Shown here one piece after another: positions 49,062 through 59,762 of a stretch of 64,000 nt of DNA (position 1 is its first letter; each line of letters opens with the position of its first letter). The translations under genes were made by a program, and so were the position numbers. Origin of the DNA: Flavobacteriaceae bacterium (lineage in GTDB: Bacteria > Bacteroidota > Bacteroidia > Flavobacteriales > Flavobacteriaceae); assembly GCA_963669405.2 (NCBI GenBank), contig CAXXHF010000001.1, forward strand, positions 194,493 through 258,492, given 5' to 3'. The notes under the pieces were generated by a model. It was not told where the DNA came from and made no database searches. It was given only the letters and a program-made list of their open reading frames with translations.

Positions 49062-50522
49062 TTAGTATTCTACTCCATTAAGTGCTTCGTAGGCAAATTT
49101 TGCATTGAGGTAGATACTATGCCGTACACGTATGTTATTTTTATTTTCTTCGAAAACTTGATTATAATACTCTTCGGCCTTGTCTTCATTTCCAAGATAT
49201 AAGTTACCTTCTGCCAAGGTTGCCATTTCCCATGTTTCAGTAGTCTCTGGATCACAATTGGCCAAGGCAATTTCTGCAAATTCCTTCATTTTAGATTTGT
49301 CCTCTTTATAAACCAAATAGAAGAATGCCACATTAATAGCGAGGTAAAACACCTGGTTTTTATCTACCTCAATTGCATTAGCAGCCATATCATATCCTTC
49401 TAAATAGGTTTCCCAAGCATTCTTGGCATCTTCAGAATCACTTCCATGATATAAATACTTCCGTTTGTATCTTCCTCCTAATATTCCTTTAAAGTCAGAA
49501 TGTGTAGCTGTTATAGGGTGTGATTCCAAAATTGCTATGGCATCATCATCCTTTCCAAGTGTATCTAATGCCAATATCAAACTACGTAGATCTCTAGGTG
49601 TTAGTTTTGAAATATTATCATCCAACTTATCTACAACGTCACTTGCCTTTGCCATAACCGTATTCACCAAGTAGGAATCAATATTAGTACCATAGCGTTC
49701 TTGTACAATGGTTGGTATAACACTATCCAATATCATTCGGAAACAAAGATTTTCGGTATCGGTATCGCTTTTCGCCTTTACCATGGTACTATGGTTTCCT
49801 TCTATTAGGTATTGATGGTCTTTAGCAAATGGTTTTAAAGAGGAAGTTTGTGGTATAAATTCATCTGAATTTCCCGCAACTACTTTAAAATCTTCAAACG
49901 GATATCCTTCACTGAAGGTATTGTTCCAATCTGTTCTCAAAGAGGTAATAAATTCACTCTCAGATCCCATGTTTTTAATTTGGGATTTCATTTTTTTAGC
50001 TACACGTAAATTGGCAACATTCAATCCGCCACTAGGAGTACCAAAGAACAATAAGTGTTTAATTCTTTTAAGATTGGATGTGTCTAAATTAAGGGTACAG
50101 CGTTGTGTGACCAACCCTCCCATACTATGGGCAATTATAGTAACTCTTCCATACGCCTTAAACCGTGTAGTGAGAAGGGTTTCTAGATAGTTGGACAAGG
50201 TATTCACATCGGGGTCCGCAGACCAAATTCCTTTCGCAATATCTGGTAAGATACTAGAGCTATAACCAATAGAAAATACATCATACCCTTTTAGTTGCGG
50301 TTCTTTTATAAGCAGTTCAGGAACATTGGCAAAAGTCTCCGTTGCAGATCCTGTAAAACCATGAATAAAAAGAATCAGGTTCCCTTTCTTTTCTTCTTCC
50401 CTATAACAATAAACGTCTCCATCATTCTTGCCAGACTCCTTCTCTGTTATCTTTTTTACAACTATTTTGCCAATTGTCTTTATAGCAAACTGAAGAATAA
50501 ATGTAGGAATGGATATACTCAT
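49062..50522 (-). CDS. Alpha/beta hydrolase (lipase-like) + TPR sensor domain
   Basis: FIHGFTG, AHSMGG, FGTPSGG, GNHSTMVK; GILGGRYKR...YLAINVAF...ATLAE. Confidence 0.85.
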   Translation of the reverse strand: MSISIPTFILQFAIKTIGKIVVKKITEKESGKNDGDVYCYREEEKKGNLILFIHGFTGSATETFANVPELLIKEPQLKGYDVFSIGYSSSILPDIAKGIWSADPDVNTLSNYLETLLTTRFKAYGRVTIIAHSMGGLVTQRCTLNLDTSNLKRIKHLLFFGTPSGGLNVANLRVAKKMKSQIKNMGSESEFITSLRTDWNNTFSEGYPFEDFKVVAGNSDEFIPQTSSLKPFAKDHQYLIEGNHSTMVKAKSDTDTENLCFRMILDSVIPTIVQERYGTNIDSYLVNTVMAKASDVVDKLDDNISKLTPRDLRSLILALDTLGKDDDAIAILESHPITATHSDFKGILGGRYKRKYLYHGSDSEDAKNAWETYLEGYDMAANAIEVDKNQVFYLAINVAFFYLVYKEDKSKMKEFAEIALANCDPETTETWEMATLAEGNLYLGNEDKAEEYYNQVFEENKNNIRVRHSIYLNAKFAYEALNGVEY

Positions 50523-50626
50523 AATTGGTAGATTTCTTTAGAAACAGAAATTTACAAACTTTGAGTGTAAAAAGTACAATGCTTTTAACTAATTCTATTG
50601 AAGTTTCCTATACTCACTCTTATATT

Positions 50627-51997
50627 TTAAACCTTTGTTGCTTGCAGGGACATCTCCTTGAAAACCCAATCACAGCCTATAACACGATCGCCTTCTCGTT
50701 TGAATTTTAATTCCAGATCAAAATATTTACAGAAAAATGCATCTGTATCAAAATTTTGAATGAGCGCAGGAGCATCCCCGTGGGAACGAATGTATAAATG
50801 GTTTTCAAATTCAAAAATCTCGAATGGGAAATCGTCCGTTTTATAAGTACCCACATATGCCTTCAGATCTACAGAAGGTATTTCCTTTGCTATGTACTGT
50901 GTTGGTTGATAGTATTGTTTGCCCAATAACATCCGTTGAAATGCGGAAAGAATTGTTTCTCTAGCAGCATTATTGTAATTACCTAATATAATGACGGTTA
51001 CGTCGTCTTCTTTAAAGTGAAAGTACCCTCCTCTAAATCCTGTGGTTCTTCCGTTATGGTTATAGACCGTAGCTGTCTTTCCTTTCATAATATTAAAGCC
51101 GAAGCCCCAATTATAACCTCGCTCTTTTTCAATTACTGGTGTTAGGGCAAGCGCCCAGCTTTTTTTAGAAAGCACTTTACTTTTCCCTATTTGTCTACTA
51201 AACTTTAATAGATCGTCTGTTGTGGAATACATGGCACCTACCGCATCTGAATAACCATGTGATTGCAAATAGCCCTCTACAATGGCATAATTTCCATGAT
51301 TGTCCACTCCATTATTATAACCATCTGCTAATCTTTTGGGTGGTAACAAGGGATTTTCTATTCCTGTATTCTTTAACCCCATGGGTTCTAATACATGCTC
51401 AGTCACATAGGTTTCATAATCCACCCCACTTACTTGCTCAAGAACAGCATGCAGTAATACATACCCTCCATTGGAATAGGTAGATTTAGACCCTGGTGTA
51501 TACAGCAGGGAATCAACGTGGGTCATTTTAACTAGATCCTTTACTGGGTATTTTTTGGTCTTGTCTGGAAAATCGATATCCCTCTTTAGTCCCGAAGTAT
51601 GAGATAACAAATGCTTTATTTTTATCTCTTTCCCGAATGGATAATCTGGGAGGTATTTAGCTAAAGGATCTTCCAGATTTATATTTCCCTGGTCTACTTG
51701 TTGTAGAATGCATATAGCCGTAAAGCTTTTGGTCATAGAACCTATACGGTATTTTATATTGGGTGCATTGTGAATCCCAAATCGCTCACTAGCCATTCCA
51801 TAACCTTTATGAAACTTGATATTTCCTTTTTCTGCTACAAGTACTGTACCCCTAAATTCACCGATACTTTCAATTGAATTCATGTATTCATGGGCTTTCT
51901 CACTAAATCCTTCGAAATTGAAGTCTTTTTGTTCTTGCGCGTTTATTTGTACCATTCCCAACCAGGAAAGGCATAAGATAAATAGGGTCTTCTTCAT
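50627..51997 (-). CDS. Serine hydrolase, beta-lactamase class C/PBP-like, secreted
   Basis: SMTK, YSN, HNG motifs; signal peptide. Confidence 0.92.
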   Translation of the reverse strand: MKKTLFILCLSWLGMVQINAQEQKDFNFEGFSEKAHEYMNSIESIGEFRGTVLVAEKGNIKFHKGYGMASERFGIHNAPNIKYRIGSMTKSFTAICILQQVDQGNINLEDPLAKYLPDYPFGKEIKIKHLLSHTSGLKRDIDFPDKTKKYPVKDLVKMTHVDSLLYTPGSKSTYSNGGYVLLHAVLEQVSGVDYETYVTEHVLEPMGLKNTGIENPLLPPKRLADGYNNGVDNHGNYAIVEGYLQSHGYSDAVGAMYSTTDDLLKFSRQIGKSKVLSKKSWALALTPVIEKERGYNWGFGFNIMKGKTATVYNHNGRTTGFRGGYFHFKEDDVTVIILGNYNNAARETILSAFQRMLLGKQYYQPTQYIAKEIPSVDLKAYVGTYKTDDFPFEIFEFENHLYIRSHGDAPALIQNFDTDAFFCKYFDLELKFKREGDRVIGCDWVFKEMSLQATKV

Positions 51998-52065
51998 GAT
52001 GTATTATTGATTTTAGATTGATGAATTAAAGTGCAAAGAACCCGCTTATGAATCTGTGATTCGAC

Positions 52066-53196
52066 TCATTTTACATTTTGATCCCTGTTTTTTCTAAAAT
52101 TTTCTACGAACTCCAAAGGAGTACAATCATTGAATTTTTTAAACGCCCTATTAAAAGATGCTTTTGAGTTGAAACCACAATCCAACGCCAAACTTAATAG
52201 CGTCTTAGATTGCAAATCATAGGAAGATAATTGTTGTTCAAATTCCTTTACTCGGTACTTATTAATAAAATCCCGAAATGAGTATCCAAGGGTTGAATTG
52301 ATAATGGCAGATACTTTATTGGGATGTAGATCTACTTTTGTAGCGAAAGAAGATAGGCTAAGATTGGGGTCCAAATAGGGTTTCCCTTCTTGCATTGTAG
52401 TTTCAATTTTGGAAGCCAATAGCTTCGCTTCGTCACTTTCGCTTTCTTTTAGAATGTCTTTCTCTATAGTTGGAAATGCTACTTTCTCATAAGTACGGTC
52501 GTTGATTTTGAAACCATAAAAACCAATACCATACGTTAATACAGCAAAAAGGAGGTAAAATGCATAGAAACCAGATGGGGGAAACCCAAAATCATAATAC
52601 ACAATATCCATCACTGTATATGGTACCCAAATAATCCATAACAACACAAAGCAGAGTAAGATGTTCCGTATTTTGTTTGATGCGTAAAACACCCCTCCTT
52701 TCTTGAGAAGTTTGTAGCTTTTATAGAGATAGATTCCAATAATAGTAAGGCCAACGATATGCTCAACATTAAATACATTTCGTGTCCAAAGGAACTCAAA
52801 ACGATTCAAATTCCCGACTTTCCAATTGTTTAACCATAGTATAACGGTACATGAATTAAAGTACAATTGTTCTAATAACAACAGGCCTACAAAAATCTGA
52901 ATCGACTTTTTAGATAGTTGTTTTCCAAAAAGGGATTGCAAATAAGCATAAAAAGCAGGGCCAATAGCCCAAAGAAATAAGACGGGGAGAAATTGTAATT
53001 TAGGTGTCTGTGCTTGAAATCCAAAGTCATATTTCAAAACCCAAAATAGGTAAAAAGACAAAAAAAGCACGGTAAACCCCAAGAAAGCATGTGTCCCTTT
53101 TAGTTTACTTTTCCAACAAAGAAAAATGCCAAAGACAAAGCCTTGGAGCATTCCAAAAGCAATTAGGACATTAAAAATGTTGATATGGTATTCCAT
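52066..53196 (-). CDS. Membrane-bound AraC family regulator
   Basis: About 7 TM helices + FINKYRV...LALDCGFNSKASFNRAFKK. Confidence 0.92.
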   Translation of the reverse strand: MEYHINIFNVLIAFGMLQGFVFGIFLCWKSKLKGTHAFLGFTVLFLSFYLFWVLKYDFGFQAQTPKLQFLPVLFLWAIGPAFYAYLQSLFGKQLSKKSIQIFVGLLLLEQLYFNSCTVILWLNNWKVGNLNRFEFLWTRNVFNVEHIVGLTIIGIYLYKSYKLLKKGGVFYASNKIRNILLCFVLLWIIWVPYTVMDIVYYDFGFPPSGFYAFYLLFAVLTYGIGFYGFKINDRTYEKVAFPTIEKDILKESESDEAKLLASKIETTMQEGKPYLDPNLSLSSFATKVDLHPNKVSAIINSTLGYSFRDFINKYRVKEFEQQLSSYDLQSKTLLSLALDCGFNSKASFNRAFKKFNDCTPLEFVENFRKNRDQNVK

Positions 53197-53197
53197 A

Positions 53198-54037
53198 CTA
53201 TGAATGCAAAAGTATGGAATCCTTCAGCTCCATCTCATACTGATCTACCGTGTTTTTAAGTCCTATTTTGTTTAGAAAATCAACTTTGGTAGTAAGACGT
53301 GCATCTACATTATTAATTTTTATGGTATCTGAAACACTTTGTATAGCCAGAAACAAGTGGTGCCAATTATGTTCACCTTCTTCAAAAACATCAAATTGGG
53401 CTATATATCCATTTGCTGGGTTTATTATAAAATAGGCCTTGTTTTCATTGTTAGACTGTACAACATAAAATTCATAGTCACTATTACCTATACTCTTTAT
53501 ATGATTGTCCCAAGAATAGTGATGCTGTTCTATTGCTTTCCAATCAAAGTAAGAAGCGCTTACTTTTTTTAGTTCTATAATCTCCCCGTTGTTTATAAGT
53601 GAAAGTTTACCTCCATAGCATTTTAAGGTTTTGGTTATATGGAAGCCAACTCCTTCATATGCTTTTATGGCTTTTTTGTTTTTGGTGATCACTTCCAACG
53701 AACATAACGTAATTCCGGCAGCTTTTAGGATTGGAAACGCAAAATCGTATAGTTTTTGCACAATCCGTTGACCTCGATAGGCAGGAATAACACCGGTTCC
53801 AGTATTAAAAGCAATGAATTCATTGTTACGATGGTCAACAGCATTTATAATAAACCCAACTAATTTTTCTTCATGAAACATTCCAAAGGAAAGATCATAA
53901 CGAACCTTGGCCCGTTTCCATCGCTCTCTATAGAATTCGTGATCTGTAGGCATTTTGACAAAATAATTTTCAAAAGCTTTCAGAAAACAATCCATGAGTT
54001 GGTTAAAACTTACGTGTTCCAGGGATTTTATAGTCAT
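53198..54037 (-). CDS. GNAT family N-acetyltransferase
   Basis: GVIPAYRGQRI; LEVITKNKKAIKAYEGVGF. Confidence 0.9.
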   Translation of the reverse strand: MTIKSLEHVSFNQLMDCFLKAFENYFVKMPTDHEFYRERWKRAKVRYDLSFGMFHEEKLVGFIINAVDHRNNEFIAFNTGTGVIPAYRGQRIVQKLYDFAFPILKAAGITLCSLEVITKNKKAIKAYEGVGFHITKTLKCYGGKLSLINNGEIIELKKVSASYFDWKAIEQHHYSWDNHIKSIGNSDYEFYVVQSNNENKAYFIINPANGYIAQFDVFEEGEHNWHHLFLAIQSVSDTIKINNVDARLTTKVDFLNKIGLKNTVDQYEMELKDSILLHS

Positions 54038-54176
54038 TAATGGTCTTGTTCATAAATAATCAAAAAGTAGCTGTTTTTTAGAGTCTTTTTAAAACCTACC
54101 ATCAAATATAGCAGCAATAGTACATCTTTATGTAATATTCCATATTTTAATCCTTTCATTCTATAAATACGTTTTT

Positions 54177-55292
54177 TTGAAACTGGATTTCAATTTTATC
54201 AATAGCATGATCCTTTTTGGGGCTATTCAAGGGTTTATCCTTTGTTGGGTGCTCTACAAAAAAAGGAAGACCAATAAAGTGGCCATCCGTAATTTTATTT
54301 TGTTCCTCTTCTCCTTGAGCTTTCTGAATTTGTTTTATGCCCTTATGGATGCAAGGGTATTCGAAATCTACAAGCCTCTTTATGTCATTCCATTTCCCTA
54401 TAAATATTTAATTGGGGTAGGTTTCTTCTTCTATATACGCTACAGCTTTAGGAAAAAAGTACCTTCCAAACCTTCCAAAAATGAGCTGCTTTTGTTTTTA
54501 CCTGCACTTATTTATGGATTGTTGCATGTGTACTGGTTTTATATTTCGGCTCAGGAAAACAGTTATGAAATCATTTTGAAGGTGATCCAAACCGATTTTT
54601 TTAGAATTAACGAATTTGTTTACTTTTTCTTCACCCTAACATTACTCTTCTGGGGATTGTTATTCCTACAGAAGAAACGAAATATCTGGCGAGAACATTC
54701 ACGAAAGTTGAAACATATAAAATGGCTTATCCTCTTTTCGCAGGTATTTATTGCTTTATGGCTTATTGACTTATGCATCTACACTATTGATTTGTTATTA
54801 CATAAAGGGCAAGAAAGTATGCTCTTCTACTACCCTAACCTCATACTGAATTCTGCTTTCATTTATTGGATTGGATATATAGGGTATATGAAGCCTAGAT
54901 TATTACTTTCTGAAATTGTGGAAATGGACACAGTACAACTAGATCCAAAATCTGAAATCGTAGAAAGTCAATTACAGGAATTGATGAAAACCAAAAAGGT
55001 GTATACCCAGTTGCATATTTCTCTGGGGCAAGTAGCTGAAATGTTGGAGATTTCAAAAAACGAACTTTCTCAACATATCAATAGTTACTATAAAATGAAC
55101 TTTTCAGAATACATCAATCTACTTCGCGTAGAAAAAGTAAAGGAACTTATTGCGTCCAATAACGGACGGTACACATTGCTGGCGTTGGCAGAACAGGCTG
55201 GCTTTAGTTCTAAATCATCTTTCAACAGTATTTTCAAAAAAATGGAAGGGATCACTCCTTCCCAATATAAAAAAAGAGGTAACTACACATAA
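54177..55292 (+). CDS. Membrane-bound AraC family regulator
   Basis: TM region + LAEQAGFSSKSSFNSIFKK. Confidence 0.92.
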   Translation: MKLDFNFINSMILFGAIQGFILCWVLYKKRKTNKVAIRNFILFLFSLSFLNLFYALMDARVFEIYKPLYVIPFPYKYLIGVGFFFYIRYSFRKKVPSKPSKNELLLFLPALIYGLLHVYWFYISAQENSYEIILKVIQTDFFRINEFVYFFFTLTLLFWGLLFLQKKRNIWREHSRKLKHIKWLILFSQVFIALWLIDLCIYTIDLLLHKGQESMLFYYPNLILNSAFIYWIGYIGYMKPRLLLSEIVEMDTVQLDPKSEIVESQLQELMKTKKVYTQLHISLGQVAEMLEISKNELSQHINSYYKMNFSEYINLLRVEKVKELIASNNGRYTLLALAEQAGFSSKSSFNSIFKKMEGITPSQYKKRGNYT

Positions 55293-55366
55293 AAACGTCC
55301 AAGATTGTTTTTTCTGTACTTATTTTAACCTTTAGCTATTGTCCTGCTTAAATTGATGGAATAGTT

Positions 55367-57238
55367 TTGACCAAAACAACTATAAGCATGAATTGCAACC
55401 CTACCCCCTATTCCAGAATTATCAAAGTTTGTGTTCTGGTCCATATTTTTTTATTTCAAACTTTTCTGTGTGCTCAACAAGAGTTGAATTTCAATTTTGA
55501 AAAAACAAGTATCGAGCATCCTATACGTCCATGGGGTTGGGCGGTAGAATCTCAAGAAAACACCCAAATGCAATTGGACAGTCTTACCGTTTTTGAAGGC
55601 AAGTACAGCTTTAGAATAGAGAATAACATACAGGAGGAACTGAAAGGGACTACTATGATGAAATTTGATATGGAAACTTTAGCCCTTCAAGGAAAGAAAA
55701 TAACCATAACCAGTAATCTAAAAACTCAAAAACTGAATGGCGATGCTTATGTTTCAATATATGATGATACTGAGAATAAAATCCTTGTACGTACACCCAA
55801 AGCGAAGAAGGATCAGGATTGGAAAAAGTTTTCTATAGATTATAATGTTCCAAAGACAGCCAAGGAAGTATCTGTTACATTAAATTTTGTTGGATATGGA
55901 CAGATTTGGTTTGATGAATTGTGCCTATTCATAGACGGCACAAAGCATACCAAATTGGAAGTTGCTCCACCTTTTAAGGCCAACCAAGAACAGTGGATTG
56001 AAGAACATGCCTACCCTTTGCGTTCAACACGTCTCTCAAAACCATGGGAGGATCATGATTTTGAAGACCTTAGGGCATTTAAGGAAATGGTAGGGGAAAC
56101 AAAAATCATTGCCCTAGGAGAAGCTACACATGGAACCAGTGAATTCTTCACACTAAAGCACCGAATTTTAGCATTTTCTGTCAAAGAATTGGGGGTTAGG
56201 GCTTTTGGTTTGGAAGGCAATATGCTTACGGTAGAAAAAATTAACAAATATGTGTTGGGAGGAGAAGGGCCTGCACAAAAAAGCATGTGGGGTATTTTTG
56301 CAGTATGGTACAATGAAGAGGTTCTAGCCATGGTAGAATGGGTTAGAAACTACAATGATGAGCATCCAGATGATCCGGTACAGTTTGTTGGTTATGACAT
56401 GCAGGAACTAGATCCACCTTTAGACAGTCTGTATGCTTTTCTGGAAAAACGATCTTCAAAATTGTTGAAATCAGTTTCTAATAAATTAAAGGATCTCAAA
56501 CAAAATGGCAATAACTACTTTATGGCAGCGGACAGTACAAAACTAAACTGGTATAACAGTGCCACAGCTGCATTTTCAGAAATAAAGAAACAGGAAACTA
56601 TATGGTTGGAAGCTTCAAAATCTGAAAGAGAACGTAGAGAAATTATTTGGGGGATTCAATATGCCAATTTAATCAAGCAATTTGCTGAAAATGTCTACAA
56701 AGGTCACTTGTCTTTTTATAGGGATGAAGCTATGTCCGAAAATATTTCATGGTTTCTAGACAATGCCAAACCTAACACACGCATGGTGATTTGGGCTCAT
56801 GATTACCATATAAGTCGAGCTGAACATCCTAATGAAGAGTATAACGTTTATTGGGGACTTTCTATGGGTAATCACCTTAGTAAGCAATATGGTAAAGATT
56901 ATAAAGCCTTCGGAATTTCTACCTACCAAGGTAATTTTTTGGGAATGATAAGTTATTCAAATTTTGCACAAAAGGTATGCCCTATACATAAGGGTCCCAT
57001 AGGTACATTGGATGAAGTTTTGCATCGTCTTTCGGAAAAAAACAAATCTACAGGGATGTACCTAGATCTTAGTGAAGGGCGCTCACAATCATGGCTCGTA
57101 GTTCCATTAAGAACCCGTTTTGCCAATCATGTTAATATTGAATATGGGTATTGGACAGCCTATTCCATTCCGTATCAATATGATGGAATCTTTTTTGTTG
57201 ATTCTACAAGTGCTGCACATCCACTAGGGAAAAATTGA
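55367..57238 (+). CDS. Erythromycin esterase family protein with an N-terminal beta-sandwich domain
   Basis: IIALGEATHGTSEFF, RDEAMSEN, VIWAHDYH, YDGIFFV. Confidence 0.9.
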   Translation: MTKTTISMNCNPTPYSRIIKVCVLVHIFLFQTFLCAQQELNFNFEKTSIEHPIRPWGWAVESQENTQMQLDSLTVFEGKYSFRIENNIQEELKGTTMMKFDMETLALQGKKITITSNLKTQKLNGDAYVSIYDDTENKILVRTPKAKKDQDWKKFSIDYNVPKTAKEVSVTLNFVGYGQIWFDELCLFIDGTKHTKLEVAPPFKANQEQWIEEHAYPLRSTRLSKPWEDHDFEDLRAFKEMVGETKIIALGEATHGTSEFFTLKHRILAFSVKELGVRAFGLEGNMLTVEKINKYVLGGEGPAQKSMWGIFAVWYNEEVLAMVEWVRNYNDEHPDDPVQFVGYDMQELDPPLDSLYAFLEKRSSKLLKSVSNKLKDLKQNGNNYFMAADSTKLNWYNSATAAFSEIKKQETIWLEASKSERERREIIWGIQYANLIKQFAENVYKGHLSFYRDEAMSENISWFLDNAKPNTRMVIWAHDYHISRAEHPNEEYNVYWGLSMGNHLSKQYGKDYKAFGISTYQGNFLGMISYSNFAQKVCPIHKGPIGTLDEVLHRLSEKNKSTGMYLDLSEGRSQSWLVVPLRTRFANHVNIEYGYWTAYSIPYQYDGIFFVDSTSAAHPLGKN

Positions 57239-57279
57239 AATATAGAATTAGGAAACACAATATGAATCACTTAAAAACC

Positions 57280-57309
57280 AAACCCTGACATTTTATGATG
57301 TCAGGGTTT
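57280..57309. terminator. Bidirectional terminator between convergent genes
   Basis: AAACCCTGACAT-N6-ATGTCAGGGTTT. Confidence 0.8.
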
Positions 57310-57450
57310 ATCATTCAAATTAAACTATGAAAGTTGATGCTAGATTCATTTTATGAAAATGGCATACATAATCCTATTTTGTCTTCAAATTTCCTTATTA
57401 AATTATAAACCACCAATACGTATTTATACGGGTATTTACGCTTATGATTT

Positions 57451-58560
57451 CTATAGCTCTGTTTGCAACATTTGAATAATGGCTTCGGCAACAGGGATGG
57501 ATGACAACCAGTTTTGTCCAGTAACCAGCCTCCCATCAACTTCTACATGAGGTGTATTCCTTGGGGAATGCTTAAAAATTCCACCTCTGCTTTCTATGGT
57601 TTGTGTAATTTTAAAGGGAAAGGTCTTGTAATAATCCCTTTCCTTTCGCTCAAAAGCATCTGGGTAGCCACTTACGCGTTTTCCCATGACCAGATAATGT
57701 CCCTCCTTTGTTTTTAGGTTCACAATTCCTGCAGTACCATGACAAACAGATGAAACAATGCCATCATGCTTTTCATAAATATCCATAGCAATTTGTTGTA
57801 TAGCCTCATTTTCAGGGACTCCAAACATGGAACTTCCTCCTCCTATAAATTGAATCGCTTTATAAAAAGATGCATCCACTTCATCTGGAGATAGGGTGTG
57901 CTTAATGGCATACATGAAATCTGGATTGTATAAATGATCTTTGCTTGTATCATCAGACGTGTCTACATATGCTACAGGGATAGCTCCACCCTCTGGACTT
58001 ACAAAATCTACATGGTAACCAGCCTTCACAAACGTATCATAAGCCTTTACAATTTCATAAAAACTATTTCCAGTCTTCATCTCTGAATTTCCATAATACT
58101 GTGCATTAGATACCACAAACAGAACATGATCTCCTTGTTTTGGTGAGTCTTCCTTAGTAGCAGTTTTAGAGATTATTTTCCAGGTTCCATTCTCCATCTT
58201 CTTCAGTAGAAAAAGATCGATAAAACGCCATTTTCGCTGGGGTATGAGAATTTCAACTTTGGCAGTCGCTATTTCATTGGATACATTGATCGATAGAATT
58301 TTAGACTTTCTACCGTTAAAAGTGCCTGGTTCGCCCCTAAACCAGCTTACATACTCATCTGCCGTGAGCATCTTAAATTCATCCCTTACGGTTAGATACA
58401 GTGTTGCGTTCTCAGCAAAAGCACTTCTAAGTTGTTCTTTTTGGTTAAAGGAACTACCATGCATGTAGTCTTGGAGGGTTTTAGTGATCGATTCTCTATC
58501 AGATTGAGCAACTATGGAAAGAGAAACAAATAATACTAAAAAAGTGATCTTAATTTTCAT
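57451..58560 (-). CDS. NTF2/lumazine-binding-like domain fused to a DJ-1/PfpI domain, secreted
   Basis: Signal peptide; FIDLFLLKK; VSPEGGAIP, GGGSS, SVCHG, LVTGQN. Confidence 0.88.
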   Translation of the reverse strand: MKIKITFLVLFVSLSIVAQSDRESITKTLQDYMHGSSFNQKEQLRSAFAENATLYLTVRDEFKMLTADEYVSWFRGEPGTFNGRKSKILSINVSNEIATAKVEILIPQRKWRFIDLFLLKKMENGTWKIISKTATKEDSPKQGDHVLFVVSNAQYYGNSEMKTGNSFYEIVKAYDTFVKAGYHVDFVSPEGGAIPVAYVDTSDDTSKDHLYNPDFMYAIKHTLSPDEVDASFYKAIQFIGGGSSMFGVPENEAIQQIAMDIYEKHDGIVSSVCHGTAGIVNLKTKEGHYLVMGKRVSGYPDAFERKERDYYKTFPFKITQTIESRGGIFKHSPRNTPHVEVDGRLVTGQNWLSSIPVAEAIIQMLQTEL

Positions 58561-58663
58561 TTTGATGAATGTTTTTAAAAGTTTCAGCAAACTTCTAAAA
58601 GGAAACATAAAATGAAATCATAGATTATAATACAATGCTCCAGAATTATAATTTTGGAGTATT

Positions 58664-59698
58664 TTATTGCTTAAATTCTGAAGGAGTCATACCAGCTATC
58701 TTCTTGAAAGTACTATAAAAAGTGGACTTAGAAGAAAAACCAGCTTCGAAACCTATTGCTTCTAATGTATATCGGTTTTCTTCAATTAAAAGCTTTTTGG
58801 CCTTTTCTACTCGGTGTTCATTAATATAATGATTGAAGCTTTTCCCTAAATTATCATTCAGTAACTGAGATAATTTATGGGAAGATATTTTCACTTCTTT
58901 AGCTACATCCTTTAGTTTAATATTGGGGTTTGCAAAGAGTTCTTTTTCCTTCATTACAACTTCTAATTGACTAAAGATTTCATCAGCTTCTGAGATTTCT
59001 ATTTTTTTGGCCCCGTATTTTTTTGGAGGGTCCTGGAAAAGAATCGATCTGTTCTTCTTAAGCAATAGAAAAAAGACAGTTCCATACAACACAATAGAAA
59101 AAGTAATAGCTCCAGTAATATACCAACGATACATCCCCAGGTTGTAGGCTGCAAAAATTAAGAGGTTACTAACATAAACCAACAATAGCCAGAGTTCTTG
59201 GGTAGTGAAAGTTTGCTTTCTTTTAAACACTTTTAAAATTGAAAAGCGTAACATATACCCTGATAACAGTAAATAAACGCCCCAAACCAAATAAATGAAT
59301 CGTGCAGAATAGCTTCTCCACAGTTCTGGATACGTCTCATACGGATAGATCATCCCAGTCACCAGAATAAAGCATAAAAGAATACCAATATGCAATTTCC
59401 ATGAAATTGGAACCTTTTTGGTGTTTTCCAATTGTGACTTAATGTAGTAATAGAGCATCACCCCAATGAGAAAGCAAGCAGAAAGCCCAATCTGTAGATA
59501 CAAAAGGACTCGATCTTGATTAAAAACCATATATACTGATTTTCCAATGCGTATACTTAGCATAAGAATAAGCAGTCCAAGAAAATAGTTTGGAAGTCGG
59601 TTTTTCTTTCTAAAAAACAATAAATAAAAGCTTAGTAGAAAACCATTGAAGACCCCAAGGGCGCTAAAGAAAAAAAGGATGGAAGAACCAATATCCAT
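58664..59698 (-). CDS. Membrane-bound AraC family regulator
   Basis: TM region + IGFEAGFSSKSTFYSTFKK. Confidence 0.92.
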   Translation of the reverse strand: MDIGSSILFFFSALGVFNGFLLSFYLLFFRKKNRLPNYFLGLLILMLSIRIGKSVYMVFNQDRVLLYLQIGLSACFLIGVMLYYYIKSQLENTKKVPISWKLHIGILLCFILVTGMIYPYETYPELWRSYSARFIYLVWGVYLLLSGYMLRFSILKVFKRKQTFTTQELWLLLVYVSNLLIFAAYNLGMYRWYITGAITFSIVLYGTVFFLLLKKNRSILFQDPPKKYGAKKIEISEADEIFSQLEVVMKEKELFANPNIKLKDVAKEVKISSHKLSQLLNDNLGKSFNHYINEHRVEKAKKLLIEENRYTLEAIGFEAGFSSKSTFYSTFKKIAGMTPSEFKQ

Positions 59699-59762
59699 AG
59701 ATCGCCAAAGATATCAATTTCTCCCATCCAAACTCCAAAATGTCTAAACCATTATGAAACCG

